Source of the DNA: Thermodesulfobacteriota bacterium
GTDB taxonomy: Bacteria; Desulfobacterota; Desulfobulbia; Desulfobulbales; JAGXFP01
Length of the DNA: 64,000 nucleotides
Reading direction: 5' to 3'
Assembly (NCBI GenBank): GCA_039714535.1
Contig: JBDLJC010000011.1
Location: 3,184 to 67,183, forward strand
Positions 11,220-21,730 of the stretch are shown here, piece by piece. The stretch's first letter is position 1; each line of letters opens with the position of its first letter. Under the pieces are notes generated by a model, which was not told the origin of the DNA, ran no database searches, and worked only from the letters and a program-made list of their open reading frames with translations. A program made the translations under genes and the position numbers.

Positions 11220-13034
11220 ATGCCCAGAACACCAGCAAATACACTTAAGCAGATCTTCGGTTATAAAGATTTCAGGCCATATCAACAAGAGATCATCGAA
11301 ACCCTGATTGGCGGCCAAGACCTGTTTGTGCTAATGCCCACCGGCGGCGGCAAGTCCCTCTGCTACCAGATCCCAGCCCTGCACAGGCCGGGCGTTGCCA
11401 TTGTGGTCTCCCCCCTCATCTCGTTGATGAAAGACCAGGTTGACGCCCTGACCGCAAATGGCGTAGAGGCCGCGTTCTACAACTCTTCCCTGAAAGCACC
11501 AGAGGCCCGCCAAACCCTGGCCCGCCTGCATGACAACAGCCTTGATCTCCTCTATGTCGCCCCCGAACGGTTAATGAGCGACTCCTTCATTGAGCGGTTG
11601 CAGAATATTGATATTGCCCTGTTTGCCATTGATGAGGCCCATTGCATCTCCCAGTGGGGCCACGATTTCAGACCGGAATATCGCCAACTCAGCCGGTTGC
11701 GAGGGCTTCTGCCCGGCCCGCCGATAATTGCCCTGACCGCCACCGCCGAACCCCACACCAGGGAAGATATCTTAAAGGGGCTGAGTCTGACTTCCGCCCG
11801 GACCTTTGTTACCGGCTTTGACCGCCCCAATATACGTTACACCGTGGTCGACAAGGCAAAACCGGCCGCCCAGCTCAGGGATTTTCTGGCAGCCCGCCCC
11901 GGTGATCCGGGTATTGTCTATGCCCTGAGCCGCAAACGGGTCGAAGCAATTACCAGTGACCTTAACCAGGCCGGAATTAGTGCCGTTGCCTATCACGCCG
12001 GGCTTGCCGATACGGTGCGCCAAGAGGCACAGAATAGTTTCCAGCACGATGATGTTCAGGTGGTAGTCGCCACTGTCGCCTTTGGCATGGGGATAGACAA
12101 GTCCAACGTTCGCTTCGTGGTCCACTATGATCTGCCCAAAAACATCGAAAGTTATTACCAGGAAACAGGCCGGGCCGGACGGGACGGCTTGAGCGCCGAA
12201 GCCCTGCTGCTCTTTGGTTATGGAGATATCGCCATTGCCCGGGGCCTGATCGAAAAAGGCTACAACCAGGAACGCAAACGCATCGAACTCCATAAACTCA
12301 ACAGCATGGTCGCCTTTGGCGAGGCCCAGACCTGCCGCCGCCAGATTCTGCTGGGCTATTTTGGCGATCAACTAGGTGAGCCCTGCGGCAACTGCGATAT
12401 CTGCCTTAATCCACCGCAGCAGATCGAGGTAACCGAAGAGGCGCGCAAGGCCCTGTCCTGTGTCTACCGGGTCGGGCAGCGGTTCGGCCTGGGTTATATC
12501 ATCGAAGTATTACGCGGTTCAAAAAACCAGCGCTTGCTTAAGCTTGGCCACGACCGGCTTTCCACCTATGGGATAGGCGCGGACCAGCCCCGTGATTTCT
12601 GGTCGGCCCTGCTGCGGCATCTGATTAACCAGGGATTTCTCTGCCAGGATATTGCCAACTATTCAGTTCTTACCCTGACCAAAGAGGCAGGGCCGCTGCT
12701 TAAGGGCGAACAGACCCTGACTATGCCAAAACCAAGAATCAGGACCACTGCCAAAAAAGCAAAGGCCAAAGCCAAACCCATTGGCGACCTTAAATACGAC
12801 CAGAACCTTTTTGAGAAACTGCGGGAATTACGCAAGAAGATAGCCGCAGAGCAAGGGGTGCCCCCCTTTGTGGTCTTCAGTGACGCAAGTCTGGCGGAAA
12901 TGGCTGCGGTCCGCCCCCAGGACAATGGGGCCATGCTGACCATAACCGGCGTCGGCAAACACAAACTGGAACATTACGGGGCTCGCTTCCTTAAGGTATT
13001 ACAGATGCCAAGGAGTGGGGCAAGACCCAACTAA
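11220..13034 (+). CDS. recQ: ATP-dependent DNA helicase RecQ
   Basis: Motifs PTGGGKSLCYQ, DEAHCISQWGHDFRPEY and a zinc-binding CGNCDIC, plus a C-terminal HRDC-like region. The ATG at 11220 is preferred over the TTG at 11217. Confidence 0.93.
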   Translation: MPRTPANTLKQIFGYKDFRPYQQEIIETLIGGQDLFVLMPTGGGKSLCYQIPALHRPGVAIVVSPLISLMKDQVDALTANGVEAAFYNSSLKAPEARQTLARLHDNSLDLLYVAPERLMSDSFIERLQNIDIALFAIDEAHCISQWGHDFRPEYRQLSRLRGLLPGPPIIALTATAEPHTREDILKGLSLTSARTFVTGFDRPNIRYTVVDKAKPAAQLRDFLAARPGDPGIVYALSRKRVEAITSDLNQAGISAVAYHAGLADTVRQEAQNSFQHDDVQVVVATVAFGMGIDKSNVRFVVHYDLPKNIESYYQETGRAGRDGLSAEALLLFGYGDIAIARGLIEKGYNQERKRIELHKLNSMVAFGEAQTCRRQILLGYFGDQLGEPCGNCDICLNPPQQIEVTEEARKALSCVYRVGQRFGLGYIIEVLRGSKNQRLLKLGHDRLSTYGIGADQPRDFWSALLRHLINQGFLCQDIANYSVLTLTKEAGPLLKGEQTLTMPKPRIRTTAKKAKAKAKPIGDLKYDQNLFEKLRELRKKIAAEQGVPPFVVFSDASLAEMAAVRPQDNGAMLTITGVGKHKLEHYGARFLKVLQMPRSGARPN

Positions 13035-13219
13035 GGAATTTGAGGAACGGTGCTTCACGCAGAAAGCCCGTAGCCTCGAAAGCACCAGATAGGGGAGGGT
13101 GAAAAACTGCCATTATCACGCTATCCACCCTATGCGCCGCTTGACTCAATAACCGCCTCAATGGAGCGAGCCCCGAACTTGTATTTGGCAAGCGGAGGAT
13201 GGTCCACCGCACGGGATTT

Positions 13220-13819
13220 CTAAATACGGGGCGGCCCATTGACGATCATCTCGGCAATGGTCATCTTGATCCGGGGCCTAGCCCTGCCGGTTGCCTCGAT
13301 AAGCTGTCGCTCCAGATCGGCCAGCTCCCGATACAGCTCGGTCCGGTCGACCTCCGGTACCTTTTCTCGTCCAACAGTCAATTCCTGACAGCGGAAACAG
13401 CCGGGAAACTGCATGGTTTGACCATCGGGCCGGGTGATTTTGGCTGGCACCCCATGCATCCGGCAGATCATCAACCGATGCTGATAAAGACCGCAAAGAC
13501 CGGCATCGTTCAGGGGGCACATGATCTGAGGCCGCTCGCCCTTGGCCATACTTCCGGTAGCTTCAGTCAGATAGCTCTTAGCCCGGTCCTTGATCTTTTG
13601 CAGCGAGTCAGGGGGCAGCTCCTGCAAGCCCTGCCATAGATAGGCCCATTCGAGAAGGGTGTGATGGAGAAAGAAACTGTCGCAACAGTTATCCGGACAG
13701 CCCTCGCAGGTAAAAGCCAGTTCACCGGCAACCAGATCATAGGCCCCGGCCATCCGCTTATAGAGATCAGCCAGCCGCGCCGCCAGTTCTACAGAAAGAA
13801 TGTTTTCACTCATCAGCAT
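13220..13819 (-). CDS. YkgJ-family cysteine-cluster protein (zinc/iron-chelating domain, UPF0153)
   Basis: 199 aa with the CEGCPDNCC cluster plus additional Cys residues, characteristic of the CxxCxxCC family. Confidence 0.65.
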   Translation of the reverse strand: MLMSENILSVELAARLADLYKRMAGAYDLVAGELAFTCEGCPDNCCDSFFLHHTLLEWAYLWQGLQELPPDSLQKIKDRAKSYLTEATGSMAKGERPQIMCPLNDAGLCGLYQHRLMICRMHGVPAKITRPDGQTMQFPGCFRCQELTVGREKVPEVDRTELYRELADLERQLIEATGRARPRIKMTIAEMIVNGPPRI

Positions 13820-13913
13820 CTTTTATGTTAGATTTACCTAAGGTATTCAAAATCGAATTAAATTTTCACAGGATAATACTTTATCATCAATTAAAAGCCA
13901 ATAAGGGTCGAAG

Positions 13914-15272
13914 ATGACTAATAAAAAGCTGACCTGTTTCAAGGCCTACGACATTCGGGGCAGATTGCCGGATGAACTTAACGAAGGGCTGGCCGAACGG
14001 ATCGGCCGGGCCTGCGGCGAATTCCTGAAGCCGCGCAAAATGGTGGTCGGTCATGACATTCGTCTTTCCAGCCCGGCCCTGGCCGCAGCCGTTAGCAAGG
14101 GGTTGCTCGCATCAGGGGCTGATGTGATCGATATCGGCCTGTGCGGCACCGAAGAAGTCTACTTCGCCACCAGCCACCTCAAGGCCGATGGCGGCATCAT
14201 GGTCACCGCCAGCCATAATCCAGCTGATTATAACGGCATGAAACTGGTCAGGGCCGAGTCCCGGCCAATCAGCGGCGACACCGGCTTGAACGAAATCGAA
14301 AAACTGGCGGCAACCGGGAACTTCAAAGGGTCGACTAAACCGGGTGCATTGCAGCACTACGACAACCGTCCCGCCTTTATCAAACATTTGCTCAGCTACA
14401 TCAAGACCGATTCCCTGAAACCGCTGAAGATCGTGGTTAATGGCGGTAATGGCTGCGCCGGACCGATGCTTGACGCCCTGGCTGAACATCTGCCTTTCAC
14501 CCTGGTCAGGATCCACCATCAACCGGACGGTACCTTCCCCAACGGCATCCCCAACCCCCTGCTGCCCGACAACCGGGAAGCCACCGCCTTGGCGGTCCGC
14601 GAAAACCACGCTGATCTGGGTATCGCCTGGGATGGTGACTTTGACCGCTGTTTTATGTTTGATGAGAACGGTCGTTTTATCGAAGGTTATTACATGGTCG
14701 GCCTGCTGGCCAAAGCGATCCTAGCCAATAATCCCGGCCGGAAAATCATCCACGACCCGCGCCTGGTCTGGAATACCGAGAAAATCGTTACCGAAGCCGG
14801 CGGCACCCCGGTCATGAGTGTCACAGGTCACGCCTTCATCAAGGAACGCATGCGCGAGGAAAATGCCATCTACGGCGGCGAAATGAGCGCCCATCATTAT
14901 TTTCGCGACTTCTCGTACTGCGATTCCGGAATGATCCCCTGGCTGCTGGTGACCGAAATTATCTCCAAAACAGAAAAAAAGTTATCGGAATTGGTTGATA
15001 CGATGATCGAAGACTTCCCGGTCAGTGGCGAGATCAACAGCCGGGTAGCCGACCCGGACCTGGTCATCAGGAAGATCGAAAAACTCTGTGCCGGAGAAAA
15101 AGGAACGAGTGACTACACCGACGGCTTCAGCTTTGCAACCGCCACCTACCGGCTCAACATCCGCAAATCAAATACGGAACCTCTACTGCGGCTCAATGTC
15201 GAAACCCGTGGCGACAAGGAACTGCTGGAGCAGAAGACCGCGGAATTACTGGCATTGATCAGAACCCCGTAA
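13914..15272 (+). CDS. phosphomannomutase/phosphoglucomutase
   Basis: 452 aa with the phosphoserine loop [13 protein letters not shown] and the metal-binding site DGDFDRC. Confidence 0.9.
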   Translation: MTNKKLTCFKAYDIRGRLPDELNEGLAERIGRACGEFLKPRKMVVGHDIRLSSPALAAAVSKGLLASGADVIDIGLCGTEEVYFATSHLKADGGIMVTASHNPADYNGMKLVRAESRPISGDTGLNEIEKLAATGNFKGSTKPGALQHYDNRPAFIKHLLSYIKTDSLKPLKIVVNGGNGCAGPMLDALAEHLPFTLVRIHHQPDGTFPNGIPNPLLPDNREATALAVRENHADLGIAWDGDFDRCFMFDENGRFIEGYYMVGLLAKAILANNPGRKIIHDPRLVWNTEKIVTEAGGTPVMSVTGHAFIKERMREENAIYGGEMSAHHYFRDFSYCDSGMIPWLLVTEIISKTEKKLSELVDTMIEDFPVSGEINSRVADPDLVIRKIEKLCAGEKGTSDYTDGFSFATATYRLNIRKSNTEPLLRLNVETRGDKELLEQKTAELLALIRTP

Positions 15273-15581
15273 CCCATCGCCAAAAGTGGTAACCCCTAAG
15301 AAGATAGATATTATTACTTCCTGAATCCACATTCCAGGCCCTTCGGGTCAAGCGGCACAGCCACATTCGGGGTCTTCCTGCGATCGCTTACCTGCGGCAC
15401 CGGCAACCCTTTAATATCACAGCATAATAGCCGGGTGAGCAAGTCACACTGCTATCAAAATCGGTAAGACCATTACATATGTATGCCTACATCACACATA
15501 TCAACACATAATGTTTCTTACAACCATCCCACCATCCCATTTTTTTTGACTGTATGAAGTAATATTGTATTATTCACTTAT

Positions 15582-16637
15582 ATGTCAAAAATGATGGCGG
15601 CCAACAACCCTGCAAAGACTTCAGCGATTTTCAGATCAATCCTTACGACCATTATGGCCGTTTGTCTTGTTTTGCATTCAGGTCCAGCCTGGGGGGGGCA
15701 TCAGCAGGAACCCTATAATAGTCAGCAGGTAGAAACAGGTACATTCATGAGCTTCGTGGACAAGTATCACTCTTATCTGCTTGACAGGGTCAACCAACCG
15801 GCAGTCTGGTTCGATAATTTTTTCGGCGATCCCAGAACAGATGATGAAGAACTGCCGACATCTTTTGTCAGATTACGCATCTCGGCCCGCTACACGGAAG
15901 GAGAGAGGTTCAGATTTCCAGTCCGCATCCGGGCCAACATCAAGCTGCCGCGGGCAAGCCGTAAACTGAGGCTAATCGTAGTCGGTGAAAATGAAGACGA
16001 ATTACTAATAGCACGACCTGGGGATGACTCGGCCAACGCAACCGGAGAGACACTAGATGAAGAACGAAGCAGCGTCGGTCTTAGGTATACTTTCTATAAA
16101 ACGCTTCGCTCCAAACTTCATTTCGGTGGCGGCACCCGCAACCTCTCGCCTTTTGAGTATTATGTTCGGGTTAGCTACCGGCGCCTGATCCATATAGGCG
16201 AGGAAAATATTATCAGATTCAAGCAAAGCGGTTTCTGGAACTCCCTTGACGGTTTCGGGGAAACCAGTCGCCTTGATCTGGAAAGGGCCCTTGCCCATGA
16301 AATTACCGGCCGGCTGAGCCTGTTCGGTACCTATTATGATTCCGATCCAAATACCGAAACAAACAATGGCTTGAACTGGGGTGTCGAGACCAGCTTTTTT
16401 AAGCATTTAACAACTAAGACCGCCGCTTCCCTCGACCTTGGAGCTTACGGAGTTACCAGACCTGCTAGCGAAACAACTAACTACAGAATAGCCAGCCGCA
16501 TAAGGACAAACACCCTTCGCCCCTGGCTGTTTTTCGAAATCGAGCCAGGAGTCACCTTCCTCACACCTGAAACCGATAAAAAGCAAGCTGTGGGAACGAT
16601 TACGATCATGATGGAAATTCAGTTCGCCGCCACCTGA
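15582..16637 (+). CDS. hypothetical exported protein, possibly an outer-membrane beta-barrel
   Basis: 351 aa with an N-terminal hydrophobic signal region (ILTTIMAVCLVLHSGPAWG) and alternating beta-strand-like composition. No recognised domain. A G8 run sits at 15691-15698. Confidence 0.5.
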   Translation: MSKMMAANNPAKTSAIFRSILTTIMAVCLVLHSGPAWGGHQQEPYNSQQVETGTFMSFVDKYHSYLLDRVNQPAVWFDNFFGDPRTDDEELPTSFVRLRISARYTEGERFRFPVRIRANIKLPRASRKLRLIVVGENEDELLIARPGDDSANATGETLDEERSSVGLRYTFYKTLRSKLHFGGGTRNLSPFEYYVRVSYRRLIHIGEENIIRFKQSGFWNSLDGFGETSRLDLERALAHEITGRLSLFGTYYDSDPNTETNNGLNWGVETSFFKHLTTKTAASLDLGAYGVTRPASETTNYRIASRIRTNTLRPWLFFEIEPGVTFLTPETDKKQAVGTITIMMEIQFAAT

Positions 16638-16827
16638 TCCCTGGGATAAGCTGCACAACTCAGCAGATTTTTTATCTCGCTCAATTTCGGCTTAGCGGAA
16701 GCTCTCACCAGCACGACAAAATATTGTCTGCCCACCACTCGCCCTACCTATTAAACGATCCCCCTCTCCACCTTTTCCCAAAATGCAAAACCTACCCGTC
16801 ATAAACCGTGAGAGCCTACAGATATCC

Positions 16828-16856
16828 TTGACTATACTAGCTTTTTCGTCTATAAG
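16828..16856 (+). promoter_or_regulatory. Putative sigma70 promoter of the DEAD-box helicase gene, implying a ~150-nt leader
   Basis: TTGACT (16828-16833), a 17-nt spacer, then TATAAG (16851-16856). Confidence 0.4.
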
Positions 16857-17009
16857 GGTTGCTTCTTAGACTATAATAGTTAAATATTTTTATATACCAG
16901 CAGAGGCACTTCAATCAAGAGCTTGCCAATGCCACCACCACGAACAAGGGAGTCAAGCTCTGCGGCATGATCTGACTAGTTTTCGGGTCGACCGTATCGC
17001 TCATTAAAT

Positions 17010-18509
17010 ATGGTAATCAGATTAGTCAACTTTATCCGCAAGCGCCTGAAGAAATCCTCTGCTTCTAAAAGCGCTTCGCCCGACCAGCAAAAACTCACCG
17101 ACCCAAAACTTGCCACCGCCAACGATCAACCCCGCCCCAAGAGAAAACGGCGGCGGCGCAAGAAGAAACCGGCAAACCCAAACCAGGTTGTCAACGCTAC
17201 TCCTCAACCCCAACATGGTGATTGGGATCAGTCCAGCTTCGAAGTAACTCCGGAGGAGGGTAAGAGCCGGTTCCACGACTTTGACCTGCCGCCTGAGATC
17301 ATGCACGCCATCAGCGATCTCGACTTTAAATACTGCACTCCGATCCAGGCCGAATCCCTGCCGCACACCCTGAAGGGTTTGGATATCATCGGCAAGGCCC
17401 AGACCGGTACCGGCAAGACCGCCGCCTTCCTGATCACCATCCTGGTCGATATCCTTATTAAGGATAAAACCGAACGGCCCCACGGCACCCCCCATAGCCT
17501 GATCATTGCCCCGACTCGGGAACTGGTTATGCAGATCGCCAAGGACGCCGAGAGTCTGGCTAAATATACCGATATCAACGTAGTTTCAGTTTTCGGTGGC
17601 GTCGATTACCAGAAACAACAGAATAAACTTATCGGGAAAAAGGTCGGTCTGGTCGTGGCCACCCCCGGCCGCCTCCTCGATTTTAACTACAAACGGGTTA
17701 TCGACCTGTCCATGGTAAAAATCATGGTCATCGACGAGGCCGATCGGATGCTCGACATGGGCTTTATCCCCGATGTCCGCAAAATTGTGCACGCCACCCC
17801 GAATAAGGACCGACGCCAAACCCTATTCTACAGTGCGACTATCACCGAGGAAGTAAATCATCTGGCCGCCCAGTGGACCAAAAAGCCGGTTACCATCGAG
17901 ATCGAAGCGGAGCAAGTAACGGTAGACACCGTCGAACAGATTGTCTACCTGACCACCGCCAAGGATAAGTACAATCTGCTCTACAACACCATCATCACCA
18001 ACAAGCTCGAGAGAGTGATAGTTTTCGCCAATCGCCGCGATGAAACCCGCCGGCTCACCGAGCGCTTGAAGAGAAATAGCATTTCCTGCGCGATGCTTTC
18101 CGGTGAAGTTCCCCAGAATAAACGAACCAAAACCCTGGAAGATTTCCGGAACGGCAAGATTCGGGTGCTGGTCGCCACCGATGTGGCCGGTCGAGGCATC
18201 CATATTGATGGCGTCAGCCACGTTATCAACTACACCCTGCCTTACGAATCGGAAGACTATGTCCACCGAATCGGTCGGACCGGCCGGGCCGGGGCGGCCG
18301 GTACTTCGATCAGCTTTGCCTGCGAGGAAGGATCCTTCTATATTCCAGAAATCGAGGCCTATATTGGCGCCAAACTGCCCTGTAGCACGCCCGAAGCGGA
18401 GTTATTGAAGCCCGCCCCCAAAGGTACCCGCAAACCGGAAAAAAAGGCCTACCAACAGAAAAGACCGAGCCATAGCAGAAGCAGGCGACCCCCGCAACGA
18501 CGTCGTTAA
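17010..18509 (+). CDS. DEAD-box ATP-dependent RNA helicase
   Basis: 499 aa with motifs [27 protein letters not shown] and [10 protein letters not shown]. Both the N- and C-terminal tails are K/R-rich. Confidence 0.92.
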   Translation: MVIRLVNFIRKRLKKSSASKSASPDQQKLTDPKLATANDQPRPKRKRRRRKKKPANPNQVVNATPQPQHGDWDQSSFEVTPEEGKSRFHDFDLPPEIMHAISDLDFKYCTPIQAESLPHTLKGLDIIGKAQTGTGKTAAFLITILVDILIKDKTERPHGTPHSLIIAPTRELVMQIAKDAESLAKYTDINVVSVFGGVDYQKQQNKLIGKKVGLVVATPGRLLDFNYKRVIDLSMVKIMVIDEADRMLDMGFIPDVRKIVHATPNKDRRQTLFYSATITEEVNHLAAQWTKKPVTIEIEAEQVTVDTVEQIVYLTTAKDKYNLLYNTIITNKLERVIVFANRRDETRRLTERLKRNSISCAMLSGEVPQNKRTKTLEDFRNGKIRVLVATDVAGRGIHIDGVSHVINYTLPYESEDYVHRIGRTGRAGAAGTSISFACEEGSFYIPEIEAYIGAKLPCSTPEAELLKPAPKGTRKPEKKAYQQKRPSHSRSRRPPQRRR

Positions 18510-18704
18510 ACCGGGAATACGACCGGTCATCTACCACGCCTATCCTCACCAGGTTTATGGTCCATTTTGCTCCCACAAACCGGGCCATAAACTTTGTAGC
18601 AAACTTAGCTGCTATCAAAAAAAATTGCCTGCCCAGGGAAACATCCTGTATTATCAGAGGGTAATTCTTGTTAGCAACAAAACAGAAAGAGCCTTATTAT
18701 TTCC

Positions 18705-19436
18705 ATGAAAAAAATTGGCCAAGAGATAATCAGCTCAGTAACAGAACTGTTGTTTCCGGCAAGCTGTCTGGCCTGTGGTCAACCACCGGAACAATTCGGC
18801 AAAATCATGTTATGCCGAAGCTGTTTAGCAGAGGTTAGGTTAATTGACAGGCCTCTGTGTAAGTGTTGTGGCAGACCATTTCATGAAGCCACGGGGGATG
18901 AACATCTCTGTGGGCTATGCCTCAAAGATCATTACCATTTTGATATGGCCAGGGCCCTGGTCCAATACCGCCCACCGATCACCACGATCATCTCCCGCTT
19001 CAAATACCACGGCCAGACCACCAGCCTGAAAAGTTTTCAGGCAATCCAGCAGCAACTGCCCGGCTTGACCGATCTGAACCAGCCGGATTTAATCATCCCG
19101 ATACCACTTCACCTTAAACGGCTGCGGCAAAGAGGCTTCAACCAGGCCTTGTTGCTGGCCCGGGCCTTATATCCAAATCACCAACAACTGATAGATTTTA
19201 GGGTGCTGGAAAGGCATCGCTTTACAGAACCGCAGACCGGCTTGAGCGGTAAAATCCGAAGAAAGAATTTAAAAAATGCTTTTCGGGTAAAAGATGAGGA
19301 AGTCGTGAAGGGAAAAAGAGTGCTGCTGGTCGATGATGTTTTCACCACCGGCACCACCGTTAATGAATGCGCCAAGGTCTTAAAAAAGGCCGGCAGCCAA
19401 GAAGTCCAGGTTTTAACCATAGCCAGGGTGGATTGA
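18705..19436 (+). CDS. ComF-family protein (amidophosphoribosyltransferase-like)
   Basis: 243 aa with N-terminal Cys pairs forming a double zinc ribbon and the C-terminal PRTase motif VLLVDDVFTTGTT. Confidence 0.85.
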   Translation: MKKIGQEIISSVTELLFPASCLACGQPPEQFGKIMLCRSCLAEVRLIDRPLCKCCGRPFHEATGDEHLCGLCLKDHYHFDMARALVQYRPPITTIISRFKYHGQTTSLKSFQAIQQQLPGLTDLNQPDLIIPIPLHLKRLRQRGFNQALLLARALYPNHQQLIDFRVLERHRFTEPQTGLSGKIRRKNLKNAFRVKDEEVVKGKRVLLVDDVFTTGTTVNECAKVLKKAGSQEVQVLTIARVD

Positions 19437-19575
19437 AAAAGCCTGTTTTTCCCCAAATAACTCCTAACCTGAATTAATCGAGTCAAGCAGAGCAAAATGC
19501 CAGGAATCAAGCTGTTCAGCTAACGTCCGTATGCTGAATATCCGGTGACACAACAGTTTGCCCTGATCGACTCGA

Positions 19576-20892
19576 TTAACCACCGATAGCCATGATCAGC
19601 AGCCGGACCTTTTCAAGGAGTAAGGAGCGCCCGACAACAAAAAGAACCATCGACAGAATCGCCGCCGCCGGCACGGTAATAATCCACGAACTGAAGATCT
19701 TTTTAGCAACAGCTGTATTAATACCAGTAAGGCCGCGGGCCAAACCGATACCCATAATCGCTCCAACCAGGGTGTGGGTGGTGGAAACCGGCAAACTCAT
19801 TCTGGTACAGACCAGGACCGTGGCGGTGGCCGCCACATCTGCCGCCACCCCGCGGGAGGGGGTAATCTCGGTGATCTTGGTGCCAACCGTCTGCATAACC
19901 CGGTGGCCGTAAGTAGCCAAGCCCAGAACAATTCCACCGCCGCCCAAAGCCAGGATCCAGAATGGCACCCCGACCTTCATCTCAATGGTGCCGTTCTGGA
20001 GAATATGGACCACGGCGGCCAGCGGCCCGACCGAGTTTGCCACATCATTGGCTCCATGGGCAAAGGCCACCGAACAGGAGCTGATGATAACCAACGGGGT
20101 GAAGACCCTTTCAACCTCTTCAAGCTGATCGGAAATAGACAGTGATTCCTTGCCCCGCAAAGACCTTGCCACCCATACCTTTGAAATAACCGCGAAAAAA
20201 AGACTCGCACCCAGAGCAAAGATCATCGTCACATTGTCGGTGAGCCATTCAATATCACCGGTGACATGTTTAAGGCCTTTATAGACCGTGGCCAGAATAA
20301 CCGTGGCGCTGACAATAAAGACAATAACCGGCACAAAGCTTACTGCAGCTTTGACCGGCCGCTCCTGGCCGAGGATAAACTTGGTTATAAATTTAAAAAA
20401 AACGTAACCGAGAACACCGCCGGCCACTGGTGAAATAAACCAGCTGGCCACAATCTGGCCCATTTTAACCCAGTTGACCGAATTCATGCCAGCCGCGACA
20501 ATGCCGAACCCGGCCACCGCCCCGACTATGGAGTGGGTGGTGGAGACCGGCATACCGGTGGCAGAAGAAAAATGCAGCCAGAAAGCGGCGGACAACAGGG
20601 CGGCGGTCATCCCCACCACAATTATGGCAGCGGCTTCGCCCTGCATCAGACCGGGCATTTTCGCGATAACCGAAGGATCAACAATCCCCTTCCGCACCGT
20701 ATTGGTAACGTGGGAACCAACCAGAACCGCCCCGGCAAACTCACAGATACCTGCCAGGATAACGGCATTTTTTACCGATAACGCCTTGGAGCCAACCGCA
20801 TCGGCCATCGAGTTGGCCACGTCATTGGCCCCGATATTCCACGCCATATAGAGACCCAGCAGGGCCGCAACAGAAATAACCACTAAATCCAT
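19576..20892 (-). CDS. inorganic phosphate transporter (PiT family)
   Basis: 438-aa polytopic membrane protein with GANDVANS present twice (NIGANDVANS and HGANDVANS). Confidence 0.9.
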   Translation of the reverse strand: MDLVVISVAALLGLYMAWNIGANDVANSMADAVGSKALSVKNAVILAGICEFAGAVLVGSHVTNTVRKGIVDPSVIAKMPGLMQGEAAAIIVVGMTAALLSAAFWLHFSSATGMPVSTTHSIVGAVAGFGIVAAGMNSVNWVKMGQIVASWFISPVAGGVLGYVFFKFITKFILGQERPVKAAVSFVPVIVFIVSATVILATVYKGLKHVTGDIEWLTDNVTMIFALGASLFFAVISKVWVARSLRGKESLSISDQLEEVERVFTPLVIISSCSVAFAHGANDVANSVGPLAAVVHILQNGTIEMKVGVPFWILALGGGGIVLGLATYGHRVMQTVGTKITEITPSRGVAADVAATATVLVCTRMSLPVSTTHTLVGAIMGIGLARGLTGINTAVAKKIFSSWIITVPAAAILSMVLFVVGRSLLLEKVRLLIMAIGG

Positions 20893-20931
20893 TTTATTGT
20901 TCCCGGGATTGTTTTAGAGATATTGCCAGTT

Positions 20932-21603
20932 TTATTTGACGATCATCATCCTGAGCATGTCACCGGCATTTTCCGCCTCGTTGGCAATGGAACCAAGGGC
21001 CAGCAGGATCTTCTCATGAAAGATAATGGTGGTGGGATCGATCTCACCTTCCAGGCTGTAAAGCTTCTTGGAGAGACTGCGGGCCATCCGGTCGGCTTTC
21101 CATTCCTCCTCACCGAGACCATCGAGAAGATCGAGGACAACCTTGGCCTCAGCTCCGCCAAAAGAAACCTCAGCCAGACTGTTAAGTTCAACAGCGGCGC
21201 TCAGCAACGAGCCAGTGACCTGGAAGATCTGATCGACAAACTCGAAAAAACCATCGATCAGCTCAGGATGAATAACAGTATTACGAATGGTCAGAATAAC
21301 CGCTAAATCCTCGACCCGGTCGGCGATCTTGTCCTGACGACGGAGAAAATTATCGAGCTCCGATTTTTCAACGGGTAAAAAGAAACGGCGGGGCAGGCGG
21401 GAACGGATCTTCTGTTTGAGCAGATCGGCTTCATATTCCAGCTTGGAAATCTTATCCTGCAGATTATGAATCTCCAGATAGTTTTCATGGGCCAAGGCCT
21501 CCATCAGGGGCCTGACCACCTCCACACACTCGTGAACCTTTTTGGTGTGCTCGACAAGCGGTCCAAAAGGTGAACCACTGAACATATCCTGGATAATACT
21601 CAT
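20932..21603 (-). CDS. DUF47/TIGR00153 PhoU-like protein, the usual partner of PiT transporters
   Basis: Starts at MSIIQDMFSGSPFGPL (the internal ATG at 21603 is preferred over the ORF-track start at 21663). It lies directly upstream of the pit gene on the same strand. Confidence 0.8.
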   Translation of the reverse strand: MSIIQDMFSGSPFGPLVEHTKKVHECVEVVRPLMEALAHENYLEIHNLQDKISKLEYEADLLKQKIRSRLPRRFFLPVEKSELDNFLRRQDKIADRVEDLAVILTIRNTVIHPELIDGFFEFVDQIFQVTGSLLSAAVELNSLAEVSFGGAEAKVVLDLLDGLGEEEWKADRMARSLSKKLYSLEGEIDPTTIIFHEKILLALGSIANEAENAGDMLRMMIVK

Positions 21604-21730
21604 TTTCTCCTCCCGATTTAATAGGGATGGCCGCCGAAGATACTGCGCCTGCAGATATCTCATTTTCCTGCTGTTTTGGCGTTGATTCGCTTGCGGCGAA
21701 CATACCCCACGTCACATTACAAAGCAACCA

